DNA of 64,000 nt from positions 181,605,741 to 181,669,740 of the forward strand of contig CM041465.1 in NCBI GenBank assembly GCA_023213395.1, in the 5' to 3' direction. The notes under the pieces are model-generated. The model was not told the origin of the DNA, did not search any database, and saw only the letters and a list, made by a program, of their open reading frames with translations. This document shows positions 14,482-27,585 of the stretch, piece by piece. Made by a program: the position numbers and the translations under genes. Numbering within the stretch: position 1 is the first letter of the stretch; each line of letters begins with the position of its first letter. The DNA is from Cycas panzhihuaensis (taxonomy: Eukaryota; Plantae; Cycadophyta).

Positions 14482-17400
14482 ATGAAAGTCCTATCATGGA
14501 ACATTAGGGGGTTAAACGCCCCATCCAAGCAGAGACTGGTCAGAGAATTAAGGATCAGGGTAGAGCCGGATCTTATTCTTCTGCAGGAAACCAAATTGGA
14601 GCAGATAAGGGAGACAGAGGTTCTCAACAAGGTGTGGAGAAGAGGTGAGAGGATAACTAGCGCAGGTGTGGCGGGTTCAGGGGGTTTGGCCTCTCTCTGG
14701 AACCCAAAAAGGTGGAGAGGTTATGAGTTGTGCAAGTCTGAGCACTTCATAACCATTGGTCCGGCCGGCCTTGACCAACAAGGAGTATTGGATTACAAAC
14801 GCTCACGCCCCCACGTCGGTTGAGGGTAGAAGGAGATTATGGGAGGGCCTGGTGGAGATCCATAAAGATTGGGGAGGCCCGTGGTTGGTGGGAGGGGACT
14901 TTAATTCTCCCCTAAGCCGGATGAGAAGAAAGGGGGGCTAGGTGGATGGACCAGAAGTATGAATGATTTAGGTGTGTTTTTACAAACGGGGGGCTTGATG
15001 GATGTTCCCCTTAATGGTGCCAGGTTCACTTGGTCCAATAGGAGGTTAGGTCATAACCATATTCAATGCGGGTTGGACGGGATGTTAACAAACTATGAAT
15101 GGGCCCGCATTTTGAAGGGGTCGATGGATGCTCACGAAATTTGGGTCGGACCATTCGCCTCTTATTCGAGGGGTCCATTCCGCACTCGCTCAAGGGGCTC
15201 CTTTCGTTTTGAGCTAATGTGGCTGAAGCATACAGATTTGAGGGAGAGGATCCAGGACTGGTGGAGCGTCCAGGTCCAAGGTTGTGCCATGTACAAAGTT
15301 TTCAAGAAACCGAATCGGATCAAGCGCCAAATCAAGGTCCGGAACAGGAGGTCTTGAAACATTTTTGAGAATAAGGGCGATCGTTAGGGGAGCTCAAAGA
15401 GATTGAGGATAGGATCCAGATTGAAGGCGCATCCACGGATCTGGGCAATAGGGAACTCTCTACCTCCAGGAAACTCGAGGAGGTGTTGGAGAGGGAGGAG
15501 ATCTTTTGGAAGCAGAAATCTAGAGAGCAAAGGGTTGAGGGAGGGATAGAAACACCAAGTTTTTTCACCTCTACGATGAGACATAGGACTCATAACAAGA
15601 TAACTAAAATTCGAAGTAGGAGTGGGGTGCTGCATGAGGCCGAGGATAAGATCGGTGGTATTGCGATGGAATACTTTAAGGAGCTTTTCACAGAGCCAGG
15701 GTGCCAGGACCCTGCCCTCAGGGCTGCTCTTTTACAACATATCCCGAGCGTGATTACGGAGGACCTCAATAAAAGTCGATGTAACCTTTTACTCAGGAGG
15801 AGGTGGAGAAGGCCGTATTCAAGATGGGGAAGGATAAGGCGCCCGTAGGATGGTTTCCCTCCGTGATTTTTCAAGAGTTCAGGGAGATAATCAAGGAGGA
15901 TTTGATGCTGGCGTTTAATGAATTCTGTTCAAGGCGTACAATCTTGAAGGAGTGGCAGGCCACCTTTCTGGCCTTGATTTCGAAGAAAGAGGGGGTGGAA
16001 GTCATGGAAGACTTCAGACCTATAAGCTTGTGCAATGTAAAATACAAAATATTGTCTAAAGTGCTAGCAAATCGTTTGAGGGAGACCTTACCAGGGGTCA
16101 TTTCTCCTAACCAAGATGGTTTTGTGAAAGGTAGACAAATTACAGACGGTATTATAATTGTCCACGAAACCCTGCATTCAACGCTTCATCGTAAGGAGGC
16201 GGGGATGATAATTAAAACAGACATGTCAAAAGCTTATGATAGAGTGGCGTGGGATTGCACCTTGATTGTCTCGAGGCGGTTGGATTCGGGGAGGGTTGGA
16301 GCGAATGGATGAAATCTTTGTGTCTCTAGCGTTTCTTTTTGTCTTGATTAATGGCAGGTCGACCCCTTTCTTTTGTGGATCTAGGGATTTGAGGGGATCC
16401 CCTCTCCCTTTCCTTTTCATTATCATGGTGAAATGTTAGGCAGGGCTACTCTAGAGGCTCAGCGGCTGGGAAGGCTAAATGGTTTGAGAGCCACTTCCAA
16501 TTTGGAAAATATTGTGCTACATCAGTTCGTTGATGACAACATTTTTTTGTGCAGGGCCTCATTGGAGGAGGCTAGGGCCTTAAAATCGGGTCTTGTGCTT
16601 ATGAAAAGGCTACAAATCATAAAATCAACACGGACAAAGTTCAGCTTTCTTTATTAATACCCCGGAGGGGCAGCAGAGAAGAATAAGTAGGATTCTGGCG
16701 ATGGCAAGGGGTGCCCTTCCTGGCTCTTACCTCGGTATGCCTTTATTTGTGGGCAAGATGAGGCAGTCTCTGTGGGACCCCGTAGTGAGTAGATTCAACA
16801 AGAAGCTTGCGGGGTGGAAAGGGGCTCTTCTCAGTTGGGCGGGGAAAATTCAACTTGTAGTGGCTTCCCTGCAGAGCATCCCAGTTTATCAGATGACAGT
16901 CTTCAAGATGCCAAGTAAGGTTATTTCTACTTTGGAGGGGATCATGAAGAGATTTCTTTGGTCAGGGTCCGAAGAAAAAAGGAGATTCCACCTAGTGTCT
17001 TGGGAGAAGGTTTGTAAACCCAAGTGGGCGGGGGGTCTCAGCGTCAGAAGATTGGGCTTTTTTAATGAAGCCCTTTTGGCTAAGATGGGGTGGAGGCTCA
17101 CCAAAGAAGCTGATGCGGTTGGGGGGAGAATTCTGGCTAGGAAATATATGGGGGACAATCACTTTTTGCTGGAGGAGGGGCACTGTTTGGAGGGCTCCTC
17201 GATATGGAAGGCCATGAGGGTGCTTAGGCCTATCCTGCCAAGGTATGAGATGGAAGTTGGGGGATGGAGAAAGCATAAAGTTAGGAAGGCAGATGGTGCG
17301 CAATTCAAACTAGAGGAGTTACCTAACATTGGAGCCTTGCGGAGGAATGTGTAACTCGCTATGGAACGATGGTAAGAGATTCTTGGGTAGGGCAAGGCAA

Positions 17401-18637
17401 GGATAGGAGATGGAGATCTTTTGAGGACTGTTGGGTTTGAGGAAGGGACTCAAAGAGTTAGGGAGATATTAAGGAGCCCAGTATATTAGAAGAGGTGCGG
17501 GCACGATATCTTTGATTTGGTAGGCCATGCCGGGCTCTTCGGTGAAAGAGGGTTATAATCTAAGGTTGAGTAGGGAAGGATGGGTCAAGAATGATATATT
17601 AGCCGGTTTGGAAGTTGGGAATTCTTCCAAAATAGTCGCTTTTGGTGGTCAGGCCTCCAAAACAAACTACTTACTTTGGATAACCTATCAAAAAGGGGCT
17701 TCCAGCTGGCTAGCAGGTGTGTGCTATGTAAGAGGGACGTAGAAACCCTGGATCACCTTTGCATTCACTGCCCCTTCTCGGTGGGCATATGGAGTGATTT
17801 TTGGTCGGGGATGGGGATGGCCTGGGTCTCATCAAAATCCCTTTTAGACCAATGGAAAGCCTGGACTTCTCCTTTTAAAAGTAAAACCCTTAAAAGAATC
17901 TGGAGGATGATCTTACCGGTTGCTTCTGGGTACATTGGGAAAGAACTAATAGGAGGATCTTTGAGGGAAGAGAGAAGGATGGTGGTCCCCTAGTGGAGAT
18001 CAGAAAGGGCATTTTAGAAATGTTAGAGGTGCCTAAAGGGGACAGGACTCCAGTGGGGGAAGAAGGCATCATGAAAGATTGGGGTATTGTCCCCTAGAGG
18101 GGGGTCAGGGAGAGGTACAGGGATGTGAAATGGCAGCCTCCAGATATGCAGTGGGAAAAGGTGAACTTTGATGGAGCGGCCAAAGGAAACCCTGGAGAGG
18201 CGGGCGGAGGAGGTCTGCTTAGGGACCACGACGGTAATTTGAGATGGGCCTTTGCAGAGTATATGGGAATCCATACGAACCAGAAGGCTGAGGTGCGGGC
18301 GATGCTGAAAGCGATTATCCTGTTAGATGAGGAGGGTACCCAGAAGGTGATCATAGAGGGGGATTCTATGTATGTCATAAAATGTTTGAAAGGGGAAGCG
18401 GTTCCGGGATGGGACAACGTAGATATTTTCAGGGATGCCCAGGACATGTTGAGATCCAAAGCCGGTGTTCAGGTTCAACACACGTTTAGGGAAGGGAATA
18501 TGGCAGCCGATTGGTTGGCTAACTGGGCTGTGGCAAATAAGAGCACGAGGGTTTGGAAAAGGGATTACCGGAGGAGTTCTCGAGGCGGGTGGCTGAAGCT
18601 CATATTGGTGAGGTTAACTGAGGAGGTCGGGAGATAG
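14482..18637 (+). pseudogene. L1 ORF2: APE endonuclease, reverse transcriptase, zf-RVT and RNase H; multiple frameshifts
   Basis: MKVLSWNIRGLN, LQETK, GGDFN (endonuclease); FRPISLCN, DMSKAYDRV, GDPLSP, QFVDD (RT); CVLCKRDVETLDHLCIHC (zf-RVT); KVNFDGAAKGNPG, AEVRA, EGDS, HTFREGNMAADWLAN (RNase H). Confidence 0.95.
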
Positions 18638-18860
18638 TTATTGGGCTAGACCATGGGCCTGTCATGGTCAGATCTGCTAAGCCATTTGGCTTGATGTATT
18701 GGTTTTGGGGACCCAGATAAAACCCCTATAATATCATTTTTTACCATATCAAAAAAAAAAAAAAAAGGTACAAAATCAAGTTCTTAAAACAACTTCAAAT
18801 ATATCTAAAAAATAAATAAAATATGCTCTAAAATGTCACCCTCAAGGATTGAACCTTGGG

Positions 18861-19195
18861 GCTTTGATACTATATTAGAAAATAAATTTGGTATAAATAA
18901 TACTAGATGAATATGATGAGCAAATGATAAAAAACATTAAGCACAAAAAGATGAAACATTTATATGTGGACATAATGGAAAAGAAGAATGATCAAACTTC
19001 AAATTAAAAAGAAGGATGATGTACATACTTATACTACAATTCACTACTTGTATGAACCCTTATTAGTGAACTTGTTGTGGGCTGGCACATATTTATATGT
19101 AGCACATAACTCAAGGAGATCTTAAATATAAAATATAAATAAATATAGAGAGAGTATGAATAGGGATAATTACATAATTGGGTATTACACCAACA
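18861..19195 (-). mobile_element. Decayed LTR (18873-19195) with tRNAiMet PBS; the L1 sits in its internal region
   Basis: GCTTTGATACTA (reverse complement of a decayed TGGTATCAGAGC) abuts TATTAG...CCAACA termini. Confidence 0.45.
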
Positions 19196-20699
19196 TGAGC
19201 AAACCAATCCTAACTTTTCTGTATCTCTCTATGCTTTCTTTTTTAGAAAGGCCTCTCTATGTTGTTTTACAAATATATAAGTTTTACATAAATAATCTTG
19301 ATTGTTTATCATGGGAAAACCATATACTATTTTCAACTTATACATCAATTGGAGATTGATAGTTCAGATGGCCCATTCATTCATGCTATAATTTTTATTT
19401 TGGAGATATAATCAGGAACATTCTCTACACATAATAGTGTCCTTGTAGTTTATATAAATTATTCTCTCTAAGTCTCTTACGTATAATATTGTTTTGTTTA
19501 TCTTAAACTGTGCACAATCCTCAAGTAAACATCACAATCATGTCTTGTTGTTCAATCTCACCAATTGAAATAAGATTAATCTTTAGATTGTATAGATATA
19601 AAATATTATCTAAGCGCTATTCTTTATTCATAATGATGATTGGTACTTTTCCAACTCTTGTGGCCTCTAGATTGGTGTTGTTCCTAATGATGACCTTTTG
19701 ATTCACTTTTGACATTTAAAAAATCTATTTTGACCTTTTAGTCATGTGTCATGATGAACTGAAATCAATGACCCAAACATCCCATGTATCAGAACCTATT
19801 TTATATGCTACAGTAAACAATCATTTTGAAATCTTAGTAAGTGTGTTCTTTGTTGCATTTATAACATGACTACATTACTCAAATGGTCCTTGTTGTTGTT
19901 GTTGCTAACTTCCCACACTAATAACACTTTGGTTTATATTCTCCCTTAAGGCCTATATATTTCCAAACAATATAATTCTTAGTACCTATTAGTTTTCTAA
20001 TGATTGTGCCTATTATACCACTTCTAGTATCAAGTTTAAACAAAAAGAAAATAAACAAAAAAAAAAGAAAGTAGCTAAACAAATATGGAAATAAGAAAAA
20101 AAAGTTGTGAAAGTCTTCAATTTATATACATATAACTAGTATGAGTGAATTTGCTACTTCAATCTACTCATGGATAACCAAAATCTCACAAAAAATATAA
20201 AATTTTGCTTTGTCATTAAAAAATTTTATAGAAATACAACATATGACCATTGCCAAATCATAGATCTCAAAAAATCAAGCACTGTGATATATTTAATTTC
20301 CCAAAATAGATTGTAGATTTTTTAGAAATGACCATGGCACCCAAATGACCATGTGATTAGGGGCTAGCAAGTAGGGGCTTAGTTGTAAACCTTAAAATTA
20401 AACCCAATACAATTTAATATAATTCAAATATTATAAAGAATAAAATATTTTTAATCCAAGGTTTATAAGGAATATTACCTACAAAATATTCTCCAAAGTG
20501 GCATGGACAACATATGAACTCCTTAAAAAAATATATTTTTTACATGTTCTAGAGTCATTCTATCTGAAAATCTCTTTACTAATGGATTGCTAATATGTCA
20601 ATCATCAGTTTGATAGGTAATTATCACTAGTTTTGTAGAAAGAGTTATGATTGGGCTTGTAAAAACATTCATCTTCCTCCTTCCTTATTTGGGTAAAAA

Positions 20700-21300
20700 T
20701 TTCCTTTGTATTTTCTTTGTATACAAGCTTTGACTCTTCTCTATTGTGTAAGGTTTTATAGTGACCTTTAAAGTTGTGATTTGTCTATGTTTTCTTAGAT
20801 ATTCCCGATGTAGGCATTTATATGACCTCTTTGTGTGCATGACTCACAAATGAGCATATCAATCTTTCTTTTCTCTATGATATAGTTAAGCCATCAATAA
20901 CTTCTTTGTCTTGCATGCCTGTGAACTGAGAGGCATCTTTGTTTGTGTTTACAGCCTTCCAATGGTCATCTCACTATATATAGTCATCTTCTGAGATTAT
21001 GTATATGGCCCTGAAATGTATGTTTTAATCAGTATGGATTTTCTCATAATCTTCATTAGTTCACATGATGGCATTTACTTTCTGGCATGTCCTTCATTGT
21101 TTATATCATGATTTAATGGAGTCTATGCAGGTGAATGGCATTTCCTCCTTTAATGTTAGCCGACAGTGTACTACACAACCCTCAGATGAGTGTCAAATTA
21201 GTTCTACAAGCCATGGTTGTTGTTATGAACTAATATTGATTGAAATTAATCAATGCAAGAAAAATTGATGCATAAAGTTGCCTAGTTGTCCCTTATTCAT
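20700..21300 (-). pseudogene. Possible highly decayed Mutator-like transposase C-terminus
   Basis: Minus strand gives a weak SWIM-like stretch (VVHCRLTLKEEMPFTCIDSI) followed by ICESCTQRGHINA (CX2CX3GH knuckle). Many stops; weak support. Confidence 0.25.
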
Positions 21301-22088
21301 TGTGTAGGTTGCTACCCATTAATACATAGATATGAAGGTGGAAAGAGAAATATTTCAATTTTATAAAGCTTAAAAGCTTTATATTATGCAACTTAGAATA
21401 TTCTCTTGAGTATTTAAGTTTTAATAAACATTTTTTTCCAATGTTTATAAAACAACAATTTTTAATGTCTTTTCTTATCACTGCTTAACATAGTTTCTAA
21501 TGCCATCTTTTAGCACATTTCATTGTCATTAGTTTTTTTACATAGGTCCTCTTTCAAAAATGGCCCTTCAGCAAAGTCCATATTAACTTGACAAAGTTTG
21601 TGAATAGGAGGTATACTTACAACCGAAGGTTATTTTGCATCATAATGGGCCATCACCTTCATAATTTCAGTGCCCAATACTCCATAGGAGATTCATTGTT
21701 TCCAACAACCCATTACCTTTTTAACAACAACTTAATAGAAAAATTTTGCCTACTTGCATGTGTGTCTACATGTCAATATGTTTGCATGTAGGTATCCTTT
21801 AGCATGTATGTATCTTTTAATGTGCATGGATGTGTGTCATTTTACCGAGTCAAAAGGTGCTTATTAAATAAGTTGTGTTGCTGTAACAAAGTGTACATTC
21901 AAGTTTGTATGTAAGTCTTAAACAACCTATAAATCAAACCCTTACAACATGCATCTAAATCTATCTAAAAAACTAAATATCTTACCCTAACAAATAGAGT
22001 TTATAATATGTAATAAAAAATAATCTATCAACACATCAAACCAAATATAATAATCAATAATTGTAACTAATATTGTATCTCAAATCAA

Positions 22089-22470
22089 TTGTGATACCAC
22101 ATGTTACAATAAGGCATAAAACAAAGATCAAAATTGGATGGACTAACCTATCAAATATTGAAAATTAATTTCAAAACATTTGATAAAATTTCACTCCAAT
22201 GAATATCTCTTATTACAATACATTACCCTAACCCTTACTCTTCTCTTACTATTACAATTATTATAATGTATTGTACATATCTAAATATAATATTGAAACA
22301 GAATATTAGTCTTGCCTAAATGATACATGTGAGGTGAGAGTTGTAACCCCCATTAACTCATCACTTATATACATTAAAAAAATCTAAACCTAATGTAATA
22401 CAAATATTAAGGGGAGGCTCATAGCCTAAAGTTATGAGCTAAAAATAAGCATTAATGTTTAATAACAACA
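22089..22470 (-). mobile_element. Decayed LTR (22102-22470) with tRNAiMet-like PBS
   Basis: TTGTGATACCA, then CA, then TGTTAC...ACAACA. Confidence 0.4.
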
Positions 22471-24244
22471 TATAATTTAATCTACATTATTTGTTTAGAG
22501 AAGGAAGAAATAAAAAGAAGCTAGCATAAGTATGATGGGACAGATTATGAGTAAATCATGATCGTTTGAGCGAGACATTGATTAGATTTAAGTCGTTCTA
22601 TGGTGAGTTCAAAACAACACTCAAAGATATTACGGGGCAATAATGCATGCAATACCTAGGTCCCACAATGGTAATGAACGATGATGTGCATGTGTTGATG
22701 GCATAAAGTGGAAAACACATGAAAATCATTGAGAGAATATTTAGGGGGGAATTGACAATAGTGACATTCTAAGAAGAGAAAACCACACCTATATAGAGGA
22801 CTGCTAAATTTTCAAGTTGGCAATCTAAAATATGATGATGCCATCAAGGACTACATGTGTAAAAGAATTTTGGGATCAAGTTAAATAGGCTAGGAGAATT
22901 TAATAGGAATAGTAGAGAGAGGGAAAAGAGGAAGAAAGAATAATAAGAGGAGAGTATAGAAGGATGAAGTAGATGAATGCTATCTATAATTGTGATATTA
23001 ATTCTCTTAGAAAAATTTTCTTTATAATACTAACATTCTTTGTAATTTGAAAATGCATTTAGAAAGATCATTGTTAGCAATGTCGTATGTGAATTATCTT
23101 CACCTTGTAATTATCCAATAGACTTTATTTTCTTTATTTTTATTCCATCTTTATCAATGTTTCACATGTAATATCTACATTAAATACCCCACACTCTTTA
23201 CCCCACTTCAAGAAGAAGATAAATGAAATATTATCCATCTAATATGTGAACACTAATACATGTTGATGCTCTTATGGTTTACACAATCTTGTTGTGTTCA
23301 TAGCCAATAATAGGACTTTCACATATGAGGCTCATAAACAATAATTATTTTGATAAACTTGCATATTGTTTTTATTTCATTATAGTAGAATTAATGTTTT
23401 TAACATACCATACAATGTTATGGATAACACTATTTGATTATTCTATTAATTACACTTTGTAATATTTTGTAGTCCCTTAATTTTTCCTTCATACAATGCT
23501 AATAGGATTCATTAGTTGCTTGATATAATTATTCTAATTTATTTATCAATATCTATATAATTTTCTACAACATGGAGTTGCATGGGTAACTAGTTACTTT
23601 ACTCATTTTTCATAAGAGGCATCCCTAATATGAGGTTTATGAACCATCATATTATGATTCATATGTACTCTTACTTTCCTATATGGATATTGAAAATCTC
23701 TATTATGTTTTATGAGAATTTCATGGCCAAACTTTGTTCATTCATCATGTTTTCATCTATTTAACAATTAGCCTTTGTTTAACCTCTTGACTCAAAATCA
23801 TAGAAAATTTATAACTTTTTCATTTGAAATCAAGATTTATGCATTATTTTAACATGCATATCACTTTATATATACATTTCATCTTTAATTAACCAAAATA
23901 AGCCTATCAATCCCTCTTATTATTAGACCTTCTAGTTACTAGCATATTCTTAAGAGATGTCCTTCACATACTACATTGTTATACAAAAAATTATCTCGAC
24001 ACCTTTAATTCCTACTACTATGATATCATTATTATTGTTCATAGCATTTCATAAAATAGATTGTCACACATGCTTTAAAATAGATATTTGTAGTGTTGTA
24101 TAAGCTAGCCAAAGACATATACTAATTATAGAATCCACCACAAACCAAAACACTCCTTAATTCACAACTTGAAATTTCTCTTACTCATTCTCCATAGTCC
24201 ACATAGTTCCCACTAGCACATTTAGAGAGTTATGATCTAGAAGT

Positions 24245-24500
24245 TGGGTTTAGTGTATTATGATCCCATAATCATGTTCAATATATATTGGTCTCATAGT
24301 TAGGTTTAGTGCATTATGATCTCATAATTAAGATCAATTTATTTTGATTTCGTAATTAGGTTTAATGCATTTTAATCTCATAGTTAGATTAAATACATTT
24401 TTATCTTATGATCAAGTTTAGCACATTTTGATCACATAATTAGGTTAGGTTTAGTATATTATAATCTTACACTAATGTTTCATATATTCCGATTTCAGAG
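24245..24500. repeat. 28-bp degenerate minisatellite, ~8-9 copies
   Basis: Units start at 24245, 24273, 24301, 24329, 24357, 24385, 24413 and 24441; consensus ~TAGGTTTAGTGCATTATGATCTCATAAT. Confidence 0.85.
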
Positions 24501-25869
24501 TTAGGCTCAACAATCAGGTTCAATGTAGTTTAATCTTAGGATCATACCCTAGTAACATGTACAACAAACCAAATAGTTAGACATACGATGTTCTTAGACT
24601 CTTAAGGGACTAAACAATTGAGTATATGATATATTATTCCTCTTGTGTGGATCATGCATACTTATTATATATATATAAGCCTCACACTATGATTCAAACT
24701 AGTTAGGCCCTATTTGTAATGCCAACGATCCACCCCAACCATATTACTATTTAATAATTAGATAACAATACACATTATTCATACAACTATCTTTGTCATT
24801 CATTAATAGTCGATTAACAAACTATATTGATCATATACTTACAGATTTAAAAACTTACTCTAATTTTCATAAATTAAGTATGTTCTCATATCTTAAACAC
24901 CAAATCATCAATCTTTCATACATAACTAGTATACATCCATGGTAAATAGTTATGACAATAACTCTTAATGATGGTTTTCATTGTTGAATTTGATTTGATA
25001 ATTTGTACCCTGCCATCTCATTTTGAAATAATTGCACACATTGGAATTCTTCACTTTTTTATTTTACAGATTAAAAATGTGGTTGGTTAAATATGAAAAA
25101 GAGTATAAAAGGCTATATAGGTATTATTTAGTATAAGTTGTGTGCGGATGAACTCTTTTACTAATGTTATTTATTATTATTTTTGAATATAAAATATAAA
25201 TATCAAAAACAATATAAAAAGAGTAAGAAATAAATATCTTTGAAATGAAAAAATTGCAATGTAAAAATCTCTTGGAATTGCTTCTTTATTATGTTATTGT
25301 CAACCATTGTTGCATTGGACACTCCAACAATAGATTTATAAGGGACTTGTGCATGCTTAAACCTATAGTAATGGCATTATCTATCGATCTATCTACTTTT
25401 TTATTTATATAGATATATAGACTACACAAAATGCATAGAAAGAGGGAGAAAGAAATAATTATTACCTCATTATGCATGCATATGTATTAAAAAAAAAAAC
25501 AAAGAACAAGGACATCCCTATTATTCATATGTTAGGTACATAATTCAACATATGAGAAGACCCAAACTTGAGCTTTGATAGTGCAAAAGTACTACTAATA
25601 ATTCATCAAACTCTCACCATCCAAATCCCGCTCTTGATTGTGCCCTTAATGCATAATAACATTTGATATATAACCTACATAATTAGTTGAGCATTCCTAA
25701 CTAATTTACATGGGTCCATATGTGTGTCATTGAATTACAAACTATTACTAACCAAAGTTGCAACAAATTGTTATATTCCTAATAGTCTAGTCTTTGTTAG
25801 TGATGACTTATTGCTAGTTCTTAGATGTTCCACAATATGTAGTAATCCTATGCTTCTTACAATCAACAC

Positions 25870-26100
25870 TGATTCTAAACTTTCCATATTTTGAATTTAT
25901 CTCAAGATCTCCATGATATATATTAAACTTAAACTTTCAATAGACTACATTGATCTTTAGGGTTCCATAGTTTTCATTAATCCTAGGTTCTCCATAGTCT
26001 ATGTTGATCTTGAACTTTCCATAACTTGCATTGACCCTTCGTCTTCCATTATTTGCATTGATCTTAAACTTTCCATAGTCTGCACTAATCTTGAGCTCTC
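25870..26100. repeat. 27-bp degenerate minisatellite, ~8 copies
   Basis: (T/C)TCCAT cores at 25963, 25990, 26017, 26044 and 26071; consensus ~ATTGATCTTAAACTTTCCATAGTCTGC. Confidence 0.85.
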
Positions 26101-27585
26101 TTTGCTCTACACAACTCCTAATTGATATCTATTATTCCTACTATTTACTTGACTAATCTAATCCTGAAACTACTCAGTTTAATTAGTTTGTTATTTGTTA
26201 TCATGTCGATAGGCATTGACAACCTCAACAAACTTCACTGAGAAGAATTACTCTAGTTCATGTAATGAGAGTAAATAGGGAAAAATAAATAAATAAATAA
26301 ATTTATTTATTTATTTGGTGCCAAGGTTTTTGGCACCCTGTGTTACTCCAATTCCTTCCCATAATGCACAAACCAAAACATCTGATATACATTTCTCCAC
26401 ACAATAGCAACAATGGGCATTACAACGTGTGCAATGTAAATAGATGACATTTTCAATAATCACAACCCAAAATCTGACTGCAATTATAAGGTCTACCTAT
26501 CGACACCCCTAGACTGTAAAAGTCTGCTCTAGTAATTATAAACAATACTGCATCCCAGTGGTTAAAAGTGCAACCTGACCCACCTCACACTCACTGCCAT
26601 CAATTTATTAATTGTTTCTTATAGAAAATCCATTACATAAGATTATAAATTTCATAAATCTGATTGATAAGTCATAACCTTGTTTACATAATTATGTTAT
26701 GACAAAGGTGAGAACCTTATTTTGGACTAAAATCAAATAGATCACTCTTAGTTGAATATCACATATATGGTATATGCATAAATGCACATATCTTGAAATT
26801 GAAAAATAATAATAGAGTAAAATGTTTGACAAAGTGGTGGAGAGTCGTCACTTTCACAAAGTTGTAAATGACTTATATCTTATAGGAGACTTTATAAGCT
26901 ACAACCAAACATGATTTACATGTGAGCACATGTGTGCGTGGCTTTATGAAACAAAGTTTATACTACTAATTAATTTTATTTATTTGATGAGCTTCCTTAT
27001 ATTACAAGTAAGGCAAAAGCAATATCCCACCTTGCAATGATGTATGCCATTGTATACTTTTATATGTAATTATTCCTTACACTTACCATAAATACAATAT
27101 TATTTATAGTTAAAAATTAGTCAATTTAACGTCTCCACATTGGTTAGGCCTACCATAAAATCCTATTAGCAATAGTTAAAAAGAATCAATTTTATAATTA
27201 TTCTATAGGTCAAACGCTGGAGCATGCTATTAAGTACTACCTTCTGACTTAAAGAATGTTCTAAGTTTGACCCCTAGGTGGTTTATAGGGGTGAATGGAA
27301 TGAAAGGGTGACAAACTCTAATAAACCAATAACCAATTCCTTTAAGGCTCTACATCTTAAAAAAAAAGGTAATTATTCTATAACTTAATCAAATTCTACT
27401 TTCAATACTTATTCAATTATTAAAAATAAAGCAACGAATTATGTAATAAAATGTGGAAAACAACTCCTATTTAATAATGTTGAGACACCTATGCATGTTT
27501 GCAAATTGATAATTACCCCATACTTGTTTTAAAAATATTGATTCAAATTTTACAATTTGTGATTTGTTGGCAAAAATAAGCCAGT

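Larger units (their letters stand above)
12545..18764 (+). mobile_element. Full-length L1-clade LINE (Ta11-like, RNase H-bearing)
   Basis: Perfect 13-bp TSD AAGGTACAAAATC at 12532-12544 and 18765-18777; pure poly-A from 18751; ORF1 and ORF2 domains in canonical order; GC- and CpG-rich compared with the flanks. Confidence 0.97.

Noticed and set aside
24245-26100. 27- and 28-bp repeats as a CRISPR-like array
   Set aside because: The units are contiguous and degenerate with no unique spacers, the context is eukaryotic, and there are no cas genes.
26284-26337. (AAAT)n/(ATTT)n palindrome and GGTGCCAA..TTGGCACC hairpin
   Set aside because: Low-complexity and short, with no TSD or family evidence for a MITE.
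26370-26450. Minus-strand HCTRCNAHCCYC resembling a RING/IBR motif
   Set aside because: Short, flanked by stops, with no supporting domain context or exon structure.
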